From contig CAZUXA010000010.1 of NCBI GenBank assembly GCA_964624405.1, positions 5,263-69,262 of the forward strand: 64,000 bases of DNA, in the 5' to 3' direction. Below, piece after piece: positions 25,216 through 34,455 of this stretch (positions are counted from its first letter, which is position 1; every line of letters starts with the position of its first letter). The DNA comes from an uncultured bacterium (lineage in GTDB: Bacteria; Fermentibacterota; Fermentibacteria; Fermentibacterales; JCC-6). The position numbers and the translations under genes were made by a program. The notes beneath the pieces are model-generated. The model saw only the letters and a list, made by a program, of their open reading frames with translations. It was not told the DNA's origin and ran no database searches.

Positions 25216-26703
25216 TTACTTCACCGTTGAGAACAGGGTTGTTTCCCTGGTGTAGGTTACGAAGCCCTGTGGGGCTCCCCTTACCCTTCGCACGTACTTT
25301 ACCAGGGTGCAGTCCACCGGCAGGATGCCCTTGCGACCCGCGTGTCTGGCGGCGATGTCCGCCGCCTGCTGGAGAATCGCTTCCGGCGGGTTGTCCCGCC
25401 TGCCGTCCCGCTTCAGGATCACATGGGGGCCCGGGGTTCCCCGGGCATGAAGCCAGAAGTCGTCTCGTGAGGCTTTCCCGAAGGTGAGTTCAGCGTTTTC
25501 TCTGGCGTTTCTGCCCACAAGAACCCGCCAGCCCCCGGCAAGGATGTATTCTCTGGGCTGCCTGGGCTCACCCCTTTTCCGGGTTTTTCCAAGGAGTTCC
25601 TCGACGGTTTCCCGGGGTATTTCGGAAAGATTATCAACCAGTTCCTGAATCTCCCCGAGCCTGTGTTCAATGTCGAGAACACGCTGTGCTATCCGCTCCC
25701 TCTCCCGGTTCACCCCAGCCGCCTTGCGAAAGTAGCGGGCGGCGTTTTCCGGGGGATTCAGGGCTTTTTTCAGAGGTATCTCCGCTACCCCGCCGCTGTA
25801 GTCCGGCAGCAGCGCCGTCTCCATGCCCCGCTTCAGGCTTTGCTTACCGGTGAGGATCAGGTTTCCCCAGGTTCTGAAGGTCTCGGGCTTCTGAAGGTTT
25901 TCAAGGGCCAGACGGGATGCGGAGAGCTTCCTGTTCAGTTCCCGCTGCTCTCTGTTCAGCCGTGTCTCCAGCTCTCGAAGAGCAGCCGGAGGTTCCTCGA
26001 CTGAGGATTCCGCCGCCGGACCTGGAGTCGGGATCCATGAGGGAAGCCTTTCCTCGAGAAGATCCGCCGCCAGAGCCGCCAGAACTCCGGTGACATCGCC
26101 GCCGGTTTCTCTGGATCTTTCAAGGATGGCTCCCGCGCCAACGGGGCCCACACCCTCAAGAAGCCCGTACAGATCCCTGGGACCGGGGTCGGGGGGAAGC
26201 TTCGCGGTATGCCACAGTTCCGGTGGAAGCCCGGAGGGTGGAGGCGGGACGTAGACTCCGCCCGGTGAAACGGTTCTGTACCGGTTTCGCTGGGAACCGA
26301 TCCGCCGCAGGCAGGCGATGATTCTTTGATCCGGCTCCCTTGTGAGGATCATGTTGGCGTTTCTGCCGGTGAGCTCAAAGTAGAATGCGCATGGGCCCCG
26401 GTCGTACACCGAGTTCCTCTCGAACCCCAGAACGAGAACCCGGTCCAGACCGGCCTGGACTGCCCGGGTAACCACGGCGCCCTTCAGGTGGTGTTCCCAT
26501 GAGGGGTTCTTCGGCGGTATTCGAACCGCGCTCCTGGAAACGAAAAGCCCGGGGGCTTCCGGGCGTCCGTCGAGAACCAGCAGGAAACCGCCGAAATCCA
26601 GGGACATCACCCTTTCGTGCTCCATGAAGACACCCCTGCAGGTAAGGCCGGTGACCCTTGCCCGGACTTCCGGCATAACTCCCCGAAGATGAATGCCTTC
26701 CAT
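25216..26703 (-). CDS. rqcH: NFACT-family protein (RqcH/FbpA-like ribosome quality control factor)
   Basis: ORF 25216..26763 trimmed to the ATG at 26703 (MEGIHLRG). Central coiled-coil region. C-terminal NFACT-R/DUF814 pattern GGWRVLVGRNARENAELTF...FWLHARGTPGPHVIL. Confidence 0.65.
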   Translation of the reverse strand: MEGIHLRGVMPEVRARVTGLTCRGVFMEHERVMSLDFGGFLLVLDGRPEAPGLFVSRSAVRIPPKNPSWEHHLKGAVVTRAVQAGLDRVLVLGFERNSVYDRGPCAFYFELTGRNANMILTREPDQRIIACLRRIGSQRNRYRTVSPGGVYVPPPPSGLPPELWHTAKLPPDPGPRDLYGLLEGVGPVGAGAILERSRETGGDVTGVLAALAADLLEERLPSWIPTPGPAAESSVEEPPAALRELETRLNREQRELNRKLSASRLALENLQKPETFRTWGNLILTGKQSLKRGMETALLPDYSGGVAEIPLKKALNPPENAARYFRKAAGVNRERERIAQRVLDIEHRLGEIQELVDNLSEIPRETVEELLGKTRKRGEPRQPREYILAGGWRVLVGRNARENAELTFGKASRDDFWLHARGTPGPHVILKRDGRRDNPPEAILQQAADIAARHAGRKGILPVDCTLVKYVRRVRGAPQGFVTYTRETTLFSTVK

Positions 26704-26789
26704 GGTGTGTTTCTTCCCTTCGGGTTGACGGCCTGATGGGTGAAAATAATAAGTACGGTCCAAAGGCGCCCTTTCGTTGGGAGATGAAG

Positions 26790-27659
26790 ATGGAATCCAT
26801 GACCGGTTTCGGCAGCGCGAAAGCCATTCTGAACGGCTTTACTGTAACCGCTTCAGCCCGTTCGGTGAACCACCGGGGGTTGAACATCGTGTTGAGGTTC
26901 CCCAGGGAGGCGGCAATGCTGGAACAGGGCGCTCATGAACTCGCCCGGGAGATGTTCCATCGGGGCCGGATAGACATCGCGGTCGCAATCGATGCGGAAT
27001 CCGGCCCGGGAAGTCCTGCGGAAGTGGATATCGAAAGGGCCGGAGCACTGGTAAGGGCTCTGGGCGAACTTTCCGGCATGTTCAACCTCGAACCGGGAAC
27101 AACCGCGTTCGGCCTTCTCACCGCCCCGGGAGTTCTCAGGCTTCCCGATCCATGCCGCAGCGGCGAATTCCAGGGGGTTGTCCGGGATGTGGTAAGGAGG
27201 GCTCTCACCGACCTTCGGGATTCCAGAGCCCGTGAGGGGCAGTCGCTCATCCTGGTGTTCCGCCGGGCCCTCTCCTCGATTCAGGACCGGGTGGCCCCCA
27301 TATCGGATGGACAGGGGGAAAGGGTTCAGGCGGCGTTCGGGAAGGCCAGAAGAAGAGTCGCGGAACTGCTGGCGGATACCGGCGTGGATGAAACCAGGCT
27401 GGCCCAGGAAATCGCCATAATGGCGGACAGGCTGGATGTGTCCGAAGAATGCGCCAGGCTTTCCCACCATGCCCGTGAGGCGATGGACATTCTTGGAGAA
27501 CCGGTTTGCGGAATGAAACTTGGTTTTCTGATCCAGGAGATGCACCGGGAACTGAACACCATGGGTTCCAAGGTGACGGATTCGGAAACAGTACATGCGG
27601 TCATAGCCATGAAGGAGCTGGTGGGGAACATGAAGGAGCAGGCGGCAAATGTGCAGTAG
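26790..27659 (+). CDS. yicC: YicC-family stress-induced protein/endoribonuclease
   Basis: ORF 26736..27659 trimmed to MESMTGFG, with GGGAG 6 nt upstream. C-terminal DVSEECARL...FLIQEMHRELNTMGSK matches YicC. Confidence 0.85.
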   Translation: MESMTGFGSAKAILNGFTVTASARSVNHRGLNIVLRFPREAAMLEQGAHELAREMFHRGRIDIAVAIDAESGPGSPAEVDIERAGALVRALGELSGMFNLEPGTTAFGLLTAPGVLRLPDPCRSGEFQGVVRDVVRRALTDLRDSRAREGQSLILVFRRALSSIQDRVAPISDGQGERVQAAFGKARRRVAELLADTGVDETRLAQEIAIMADRLDVSEECARLSHHAREAMDILGEPVCGMKLGFLIQEMHRELNTMGSKVTDSETVHAVIAMKELVGNMKEQAANVQ

Positions 27660-28914
27660 GGGCCTTCTGATGGTGATAGCGGGCCCCTCCGGCGCCGGTA
27701 AAACCACCCTTGCCCGGCACCTTGTAGACACATTTCCCGAAGCCCGCTTCTCGGTGTCATGCACAACCAGAGCCCCCAGGGGAGTCGAACGGGACGGTGT
27801 GGATTACCGGTTCGTGACTCAGCGGGAATTCCACGACATGGAGGTGTCCGGCTTTTTCCTCGAGTGGGCCCGGGTTCACGGCCACCTCTACGGAACCTCA
27901 CTGGACTGGGTAAGGGGAGAGATGTCGAAGGGGCGGTCGGTCATCCTGGACATCGATGTTCAGGGGGCGGTTCAGGTGAAGAAAAGGCTTCCGTCGGCGG
28001 TACTGGTCTTCCTGCTTCCGCCGGATGAGAAGACCCTTGCCGGGCGGCTGTCCGGCAGGGCGACAGATGACCGTGAAACCATGGGCAAAAGGCTGGCCGC
28101 CGCAGGGGGAGAGGTGGCTCTGCTCGGCGCGTTCGACTACTTCATCGCGAACGACGACCTCTCCGAAGCACGGAGCAGAATCGAAGCGATACACCGGGCG
28201 GAGCGGATGCGGCTGTTCGCAGGCTCGTGGCCCGGTGAGGCCTATCCCTATCACCCCGGTCTTTTCACACCTGAATCTTCATGGAAGGGGAAGAGGGTCG
28301 TGGTCTGCTCCGGCCCCACCCGGGAACCGCTGGATGAAGTAAGGTTCATTTCCAACGGCTCCAGCGGCCTGATGGGGCTTTCCCTTGTACACGCCTTTCT
28401 TGACGCCGGGGCGGATGTGACCATGATCAGCGGTCCCTGTCGTTACGATTTTCCTCCGGGGTCCGTTGCCCTTCACCGGGTTGAAACCGCGGAGGAGATG
28501 CTGGGGGAGCTGCGCAGGCTGGTTCCCGAATCTGATTTTCTGGCAATGGCCGCGGCGGTCAGTGATTTTCGGCCCCTGCGCAGGCAGAGGGGCAAAACCA
28601 GCCGGAACGGCGTGTTCCAGCCGGAATTCGAGCCCACCCCGGATCTGCTGGAAACTCTTGGAGCGAAGTGTCCTGTGCTTTCCTTTTCCCTGGAGTACGG
28701 TGACGGTTCAAGGGACAGGGCTCTGGAGAAAATGCGCAGAAAAGGCTCCTTCGCCACCTTCATCAACAGGGGGGACAACCCCGGCGAGGGAATGGAGAGT
28801 GAGACCAACAGCGGTGAACTGGTGTTCGCGTGTGGAGCTTCCGCACTGGTTGCCGGCGGTTCCAAGCGTTTTGTGGCCAAGGTTATAGTCAAACTCGTGG
28901 GAGATAGGTTGTGA
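27649..28914 (+). CDS. Fusion protein: guanylate kinase + phosphopantothenate--cysteine ligase (CoaB) domain
   Basis: Single 421-codon ORF. The N-terminal half has GPSGAGKTT, CTTRAPRGVERDGVDYRF and LDIDVQG. The C-terminal half, from ~28285, has GKRVVVCSGPTREPLDEVRFISNGSSGLMG and AAAVSDFRP. Confidence 0.8.
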   Translation: MCSRGLLMVIAGPSGAGKTTLARHLVDTFPEARFSVSCTTRAPRGVERDGVDYRFVTQREFHDMEVSGFFLEWARVHGHLYGTSLDWVRGEMSKGRSVILDIDVQGAVQVKKRLPSAVLVFLLPPDEKTLAGRLSGRATDDRETMGKRLAAAGGEVALLGAFDYFIANDDLSEARSRIEAIHRAERMRLFAGSWPGEAYPYHPGLFTPESSWKGKRVVVCSGPTREPLDEVRFISNGSSGLMGLSLVHAFLDAGADVTMISGPCRYDFPPGSVALHRVETAEEMLGELRRLVPESDFLAMAAAVSDFRPLRRQRGKTSRNGVFQPEFEPTPDLLETLGAKCPVLSFSLEYGDGSRDRALEKMRRKGSFATFINRGDNPGEGMESETNSGELVFACGASALVAGGSKRFVAKVIVKLVGDRL

Positions 28915-29600
28915 ATCCTTCCGATCCCTTCTGGAGAAGCGTGGCCAGTTTCGGACTGACCGAGGTGGCCCTGCCCGGGGATCCCGGTGATGAACCGTCC
29001 GGTTCAGCCCGGGCCGGCGTCTCCTCCCTTGAAGCTCTTCGGGATCAGACAGACGGTTGCACCAGGTGCAGGCTTGCCGGGGGAAGGAAAAGGCTGGTTT
29101 TCGGCGAAGGCAACCCGGATTCGGGAATACTGTTCGTTGGCGAGGGTCCCGGTGCCACTGAGGACGAGACTGGGCTGCCCTTTGTTGGCAGGGCCGGCGA
29201 GCTTCTAAACCGGATACTGGCTTCCGTGTCGCTGGACAGAAACAGTGTGTTTATCGCCAATGTGGTGAAGTGCAGGCCTCCCGGGAACAGAACCCCGGCC
29301 CCGGACGAGGTCGGGGCCTGCCTCGAAATCCTGATGAAACAGGTGGAGATCATCCGGCCGGAGATAATCGTTGCCCTTGGCGCCAGCGCCGCAGGGGCTC
29401 TTCTGGGAACCCGCCGGGGCATAGGCGCTCTCAGGGGTTCAATTCACAGGTTCATGGGAATTGATGTTATGGTAACCTACCATCCCGCGGCTCTGCTGCG
29501 AAGCCCGGCCCTGAAAAGGCCGGTATGGGAGGATATGAAAAAGCTTCAGATCATCATGGGAGAGAAGGGTCTTCCCCGGAGCGCCTCAGTTGTCGGATAA
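28911..29600 (+). CDS. Uracil-DNA glycosylase, family 4
   Basis: GTG start overlapping the upstream stop (GTGA). Motifs CTRCRL, GEGPGATEDETGLPFVGRAG, VKCRPPGNR and TYHPAALLR. Confidence 0.88.
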   Translation: MNPSDPFWRSVASFGLTEVALPGDPGDEPSGSARAGVSSLEALRDQTDGCTRCRLAGGRKRLVFGEGNPDSGILFVGEGPGATEDETGLPFVGRAGELLNRILASVSLDRNSVFIANVVKCRPPGNRTPAPDEVGACLEILMKQVEIIRPEIIVALGASAAGALLGTRRGIGALRGSIHRFMGIDVMVTYHPAALLRSPALKRPVWEDMKKLQIIMGEKGLPRSASVVG

Positions 29601-30936
29601 CCGCCCCCCCCACAGCCCGGAAGCGGAGAGGGGAGTTCTCGGGGGTGTGCTGCTTGACCCGGACATAGCCGTTGAGGTTTTCACGGTTCTGGTCGAGGAG
29701 GATTTCTACGATCCCAGAAACAGGAAGATATTCTCCACCCTCCGGGTCCTCTACGACCGGGGCGAACCGGTTGATCTGGTAACTGTCATTAACGAGTTCC
29801 AGAACCGTGGAGGCTTCGACGACACCGGTGGCATGGACTACATAACCGACCTCACCAACGATGTGGCCTACATGGCCAATGTGCTGGCCTACAGCGCTAT
29901 AGTGAAGGAAAAATCCCAGCTCAGACAGCTTGTCAGGGTGTCCAATGAAACGGTGAGACGGGTCATGTCCGGCGATGGAAGCTCAACCGATCTTCTGGAC
30001 CAGGCGGAACAGCGGATATTCAGCATTGCCGGCAACATGACCGAGCAGGATTTTCGCAGGGTGGGCGATATCGCCCCGGCGGCCATGGAAAGCCTGAGAC
30101 GGATGGGGGATTCCAAGGGGGGGGTTACCGGGCTCTCCACCGGGCTTGATCCCCTGGACAAGCTTACCACCGGGTTCCATGGCGGTGAACTGATCATTCT
30201 CGCCGCCAGGCCCGGAGTGGGTAAAACCAGCCTGGCCCTGAACATGGCCAGGCACATAGCCGGGCAGGGCAAGGGGTGCGTGGCTTTTTTCAGCCTCGAG
30301 ATGTCCGATGAGATGCTGGTCAGAAGGCTCATCAGCATCATGAGCGGAATCGGCATTCAGCCCATCATCGAGGGAACGCTGCGCCCGGAGAACTGGTCGG
30401 AGCTGGAGCAGACCTCAAGGGCACTGGGAGATCTGCCCATTCATATCAACGAGAAAACCGAACTCACGTCCGCCGAGCTTCGGGCAAAGGTCAGAAGGCT
30501 TCACAGAAGAGAGAAGGTGGCGGCGGTTTTCGTGGACTACCTTCAGCTGATGAAAGGGGCCGACGACCAGGAGAACCACCAGTTGAAAGTGGCGATGAAC
30601 TCCGGAGCCCTCAAGGCACTCGCCAAGGAGATCAGGGTCCCGGTGATCACCCTCTCCCAGTTCAGCAGGAACGCCACGAAACGGGAGGGCACTCCCCGGC
30701 TCAGCGACCTGAGGGACAGCGGCGCCATCGAGCAGGACGCCGACCTTGTGATGTTTCTGCACGATGAAAGGGCGGATACCGGCCAGACAGATGGCGAAGG
30801 CGCAGGCGACCGCTACAGGAACATCGACCTGCTGGTGGCCAAGCAGAGGAACGGCCCCCGGGGAAAGGTCAGGCTTGTGTTCACCACCGCCACCACCAGA
30901 TTCGACCCGGCCCACCAGGATGAAAGGTATTTCTGA
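29590..30936 (+). CDS. dnaB: Replicative DNA helicase
   Basis: PHSPEAERGVLGGVLLD N-terminus, Walker A ARPGVGKTS, and SQFSRN/DLRDSGAIEQDAD motifs. TTG start at 29590. Confidence 0.92.
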   Translation: MSDNRPPHSPEAERGVLGGVLLDPDIAVEVFTVLVEEDFYDPRNRKIFSTLRVLYDRGEPVDLVTVINEFQNRGGFDDTGGMDYITDLTNDVAYMANVLAYSAIVKEKSQLRQLVRVSNETVRRVMSGDGSSTDLLDQAEQRIFSIAGNMTEQDFRRVGDIAPAAMESLRRMGDSKGGVTGLSTGLDPLDKLTTGFHGGELIILAARPGVGKTSLALNMARHIAGQGKGCVAFFSLEMSDEMLVRRLISIMSGIGIQPIIEGTLRPENWSELEQTSRALGDLPIHINEKTELTSAELRAKVRRLHRREKVAAVFVDYLQLMKGADDQENHQLKVAMNSGALKALAKEIRVPVITLSQFSRNATKREGTPRLSDLRDSGAIEQDADLVMFLHDERADTGQTDGEGAGDRYRNIDLLVAKQRNGPRGKVRLVFTTATTRFDPAHQDERYF

Positions 30937-32306
30937 TGCCCAGACCCCGGACAGTGTTCGTCTGCTCCGAATGCGGAGGCGAGACTCACGGCTGGAGTGG
31001 AAAATGTCCGCACTGCCTGAGCTGGAACACCATGGTGGAGGAAAGCAGGACAATTCCATCCTTCAGCCCCCCGCTGTTGCCCGAAGAAGCCCATCCTGAA
31101 GCCCTCTGTGATGTACCTGAGGAGGGGGGGGGCACCCGGCTGTCAACCGGGCTCGCTGAGTTTGACAGGGTGCTGGGCGGCGGCGCTTACGCGGGAAGCG
31201 TGATTCTCCTCGGAGGGGAGCCCGGCATAGGAAAAAGCACCCTGATCCTTCAGGCCGCGATGAACATGGCCGCGGAGGGAATACCGGTGCTCTACGCCAC
31301 CGGCGAGGAATCCGCCTCGCAGGTGGCGGGAAGAGCCGGAAGAATAGGCGCCTCGCCCCGTGGGCTGGCGATTCTTCCAGCGTCCAGGCTGGATACTGTG
31401 TCGAACCATTCGGAATCGGGAAACTACCGGGTTCTGGTGGTGGATTCGGTGCAGACCCTTTACTCCCCCGGGCTTCAGAGCGCTCCGGGGTCTGTGTCTC
31501 AGGTGAGACACTGCGCGTCATCCCTGGTGGCCCTGGCGAAGCCCAGGGGGATCACAGCCTTCGTGGTGGGACATGTGACCAAGGATGGAAACCTGGCGGG
31601 CCCGAAGGTTCTGGAACACCTGGTAGACACGGTGGTCTACTTCGAGGGTGACGCCTCGTGCCAGTACCGGCTTCTCCGGGCGGTGAAGAACCGTTTCGGA
31701 GGCACGAATGAACTCGGGGTTTTCGAAATGGGTTCCCGGGGTCTTTCCGGAGTTGCAAACGCGTCGGGGCTTTTCCTTCGCAGGGAGAGCGACACCGTGC
31801 CGGGTTCGGTGCCGGCGGCGGTGCTTCAGGGTTCGAGGCCGTTTCTTGTGGAGGTGCAGGCCCTCACAAGCCCTTCCCGTTACGGCTACCCCCAGAGAAA
31901 GGCGTCGGGTTTCGACGGCGCCAGACTTTCCATGCTTCTGGCGGTGCTTGGCCGGAGGTGCGGAATAGACCTTGATAATCATGATGTTTATGTGAATGTT
32001 GCCGGAGGATTCATTCTCGGCGACCCCGGCGCCGACCTTGCCGTCTGTCTCGCGGTGGCTTCCAGCCATCTTGGAAGACCGGCAAAGAACGGTGTCGCGG
32101 TTTGCGGTGAAGTGGGTCTCGGCGGAGAGGTACGGCCTGTGGCCGGTTACGCGAGAAGATACGCCGAGGCGGTCAACCTGGGTTTTTCCACCCTGGCGGG
32201 TGCCCGGGAGGACACGGAGGCCGAAGGAAACCGGGCTCCGGGTTTTGTGCGTCTGTCCGCTGCCATGACGGATCTTCTTGATGAAAAGGGAGAAGAATGT
32301 TTCTGA
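30936..32306 (+). CDS. radA: DNA repair protein RadA
   Basis: N-terminal Zn ribbon CSECGG...CPHC, Walker A GGEPGIGKST, AVKNRFGGTNE, and a Lon-like C-terminus. 1-nt TGATG overlap with dnaB. Confidence 0.92.
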   Translation: MPRPRTVFVCSECGGETHGWSGKCPHCLSWNTMVEESRTIPSFSPPLLPEEAHPEALCDVPEEGGGTRLSTGLAEFDRVLGGGAYAGSVILLGGEPGIGKSTLILQAAMNMAAEGIPVLYATGEESASQVAGRAGRIGASPRGLAILPASRLDTVSNHSESGNYRVLVVDSVQTLYSPGLQSAPGSVSQVRHCASSLVALAKPRGITAFVVGHVTKDGNLAGPKVLEHLVDTVVYFEGDASCQYRLLRAVKNRFGGTNELGVFEMGSRGLSGVANASGLFLRRESDTVPGSVPAAVLQGSRPFLVEVQALTSPSRYGYPQRKASGFDGARLSMLLAVLGRRCGIDLDNHDVYVNVAGGFILGDPGADLAVCLAVASSHLGRPAKNGVAVCGEVGLGGEVRPVAGYARRYAEAVNLGFSTLAGAREDTEAEGNRAPGFVRLSAAMTDLLDEKGEECF

Positions 32307-33340
32307 GAAAGAACGGATGGGAGAGCAGGCTTCTTTTCGTGCTTGTTCTGGGCCTTGCCGGAACACTGGCCACCGAAAGCCCCTTTGCTTCTTCGGAGAG
32401 CTTCTGGATGGGATTCGCGGGGATTGCCATCGGGGCATTCGCCCTGATTCTGGAAAGGCTTGTGACAAGCCTCAGGGCAGATGGATTCGTGTACATAACA
32501 GCGGGTACATTTCTCGGCCTGATAATCGGTCTGCTGGTGATGCTGGTGCTCCATGTCGGAGAAATCCGGCTCAAGGCCGGAGGGGCGGACCTTCTGGTTC
32601 TGGTTCCCTTCGCCCTTGCCTATGTCTTTTCCCGGGCCGCGCTTACCAAGGGCAGAAAGCTGAATCTTCTGAAAGTGGAAGAGGAGAGGGGAACCAACCT
32701 GTTCATGCCGGTGCTGGTGGACATCAGCGCCGCCATCGACGGCCGGGTGGCGGACCTGGCCCTGGCGGGAATTCTTCCCGGCCCCTTCACCATTCCGTCT
32801 TCGGTGAAAACCGGTCTGGAAGCACTTCAGAAAGCCAGGAACACCGTTTCCAGAGGGCGTTCGAGAAGAGGAACGGAAACCCTGCAGAGGCTGGAGGAAG
32901 CGGTGGGGAAGTCCGGCGGGCTTGTTGAATACCGGGATTTCGGCGAGGGGGAGAGAGAGAAGCACAGAATGCTGGAATGGCTTCGCCAGACCGGCGTGGC
33001 TCTGCTCAGCTCCGACGCGGACCTTCTGGATACCGCTGAGAGGGAGGGCATCCATGTCATCCGCCTCGAAGAGGTGGGAGCCGCCGGCAGAGCGGTGGTG
33101 CTTCCCGGCGAGAAGCTCACGGTGAGAATTCAGAAAAGGGGCAGGGGTGCCGGACAGGGTGTGGGCTTCCTTTCCGACGGCACGATGGTTGTGGTGGACG
33201 ACGGCGCCAGTCAGATGGGGGGCGATGTAACCGTCACAGCCCATACCACCTTCAGGGCTTCGGGAGGAACCATGGTTTTCGCCTCGGCGGAGAAGACGGA
33301 AGAGGAGTTCCCTGAAAACGGAGACGAGGCTCAGGCCTGA
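32297..33340 (+). CDS. PIN/TRAM domain membrane protein (YacL-like)
   Basis: N-terminal TM helices, a central PIN-like region (VLVDISAAIDGRV), and a C-terminal TRAM-like GEKLTVRIQKRGRGAGQGVGFLSDGTMVVVDD. Confidence 0.7.
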   Translation: MFLRKNGWESRLLFVLVLGLAGTLATESPFASSESFWMGFAGIAIGAFALILERLVTSLRADGFVYITAGTFLGLIIGLLVMLVLHVGEIRLKAGGADLLVLVPFALAYVFSRAALTKGRKLNLLKVEEERGTNLFMPVLVDISAAIDGRVADLALAGILPGPFTIPSSVKTGLEALQKARNTVSRGRSRRGTETLQRLEEAVGKSGGLVEYRDFGEGEREKHRMLEWLRQTGVALLSSDADLLDTAEREGIHVIRLEEVGAAGRAVVLPGEKLTVRIQKRGRGAGQGVGFLSDGTMVVVDDGASQMGGDVTVTAHTTFRASGGTMVFASAEKTEEEFPENGDEAQA

Positions 33341-34455
33341 TGGATTCCTGCGCCCGCTGGGCCGCGGTGATAACCGCTGCCGGTTACGGGCAGCGGTACG
33401 GCGCCGGGGTGCCGAAGCAGTTCTCCCTGTTGCGGGGAAAGCCGGTTCTTCAGTGGTCCGTTGATGTTCTTTCGGCGCTGATGCCGGTTACGGTTACGGT
33501 TCCGCCGGGCTTTCCCTGGCGGGAGTACTGGTCCCCGCCGTCGGGGGTTACCGTCATCGAAGGCGGAGCCCGAAGGCAGGATTCGGTTCTCGCGGCCCTC
33601 CGTTCACTTCCCGGCCCCCGGTTCGTGCTGGTCCACGACGGCGCAAGGCCGGCCATAAGCCCCGGGATAGCGTCCAGGGTGATGAGGGCCACCGAGGAGC
33701 ACGGCGCTGCGGTTCCGGGGATAAGGGTTCGGGACACTTTGAAAAAGGTCCGGAACAGCTTCATCAGCGCTTCAGTGGATCGGGATGACCTCTGGACGAT
33801 CCAGACCCCCCAGGGTTTTCGGTACGATCAATTGCTGACAGCGCTGGACATGGCTCCGGATGTAACCGATGAGAGTTCCGCGGTGGAGTTCACCGGCGCC
33901 AGGGTCGCGGTGGTTCCCGGAGATCCACGAAATCAGAAGCTGACTGAACCCGATGACATACTCCTTTTCCGCCCGGGGCCGGAGTACTCCTTCGGCCAGG
34001 GGCTTGATTTTCACCCCTTCAGCGATGAGCGCCCCATGATCGCCGCCGGGTGCAGACTCGGCAAGACCGGAGGCCCCGCAGGGCATTCGGACGGTGACGC
34101 GGTTCTTCACTCCGCGGCGGACGCCCTGCTGGCCGCGGCTTCACTGGGAGACATCGGAGTGTTCCACCCTCCGTCGGATCCCGCCTGGAAAGACGCGGAC
34201 AGCGCCTTGATTCTGGCCGGCTGCATGGAACGGGTTCGAAGGGCGGGATGGAGCCTTCGAAGGCTTGATCTGACCCTCATTGGAAACCGCCCCAGGGTGG
34301 CGGAACACCGCGAGGAGATGATAGAGAGGGTTGCGGCAATTCTGGATGTCCCGCCGCAGAAGGTGTGGATCAAGGGCACAACCACCAACACCCTTGGTGA
34401 TCTTGGCCGGGGAGGCGGGTTCGGCTGTCTGGCCCTGGCGGTGTTGGAATCATGA
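33340..34455 (+). CDS. ispDF: Bifunctional 2-C-methyl-D-erythritol 4-phosphate cytidylyltransferase / MEcPP synthase
   Basis: IspD N-terminal half (VITAAGYGQRYG, VLVHDGARP). IspF C-terminal half (GQGLDFHPF, GHSDGDAVLHSAADALL, TTTNTLG). Confidence 0.9.
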   Translation: MDSCARWAAVITAAGYGQRYGAGVPKQFSLLRGKPVLQWSVDVLSALMPVTVTVPPGFPWREYWSPPSGVTVIEGGARRQDSVLAALRSLPGPRFVLVHDGARPAISPGIASRVMRATEEHGAAVPGIRVRDTLKKVRNSFISASVDRDDLWTIQTPQGFRYDQLLTALDMAPDVTDESSAVEFTGARVAVVPGDPRNQKLTEPDDILLFRPGPEYSFGQGLDFHPFSDERPMIAAGCRLGKTGGPAGHSDGDAVLHSAADALLAAASLGDIGVFHPPSDPAWKDADSALILAGCMERVRRAGWSLRRLDLTLIGNRPRVAEHREEMIERVAAILDVPPQKVWIKGTTTNTLGDLGRGGGFGCLALAVLES

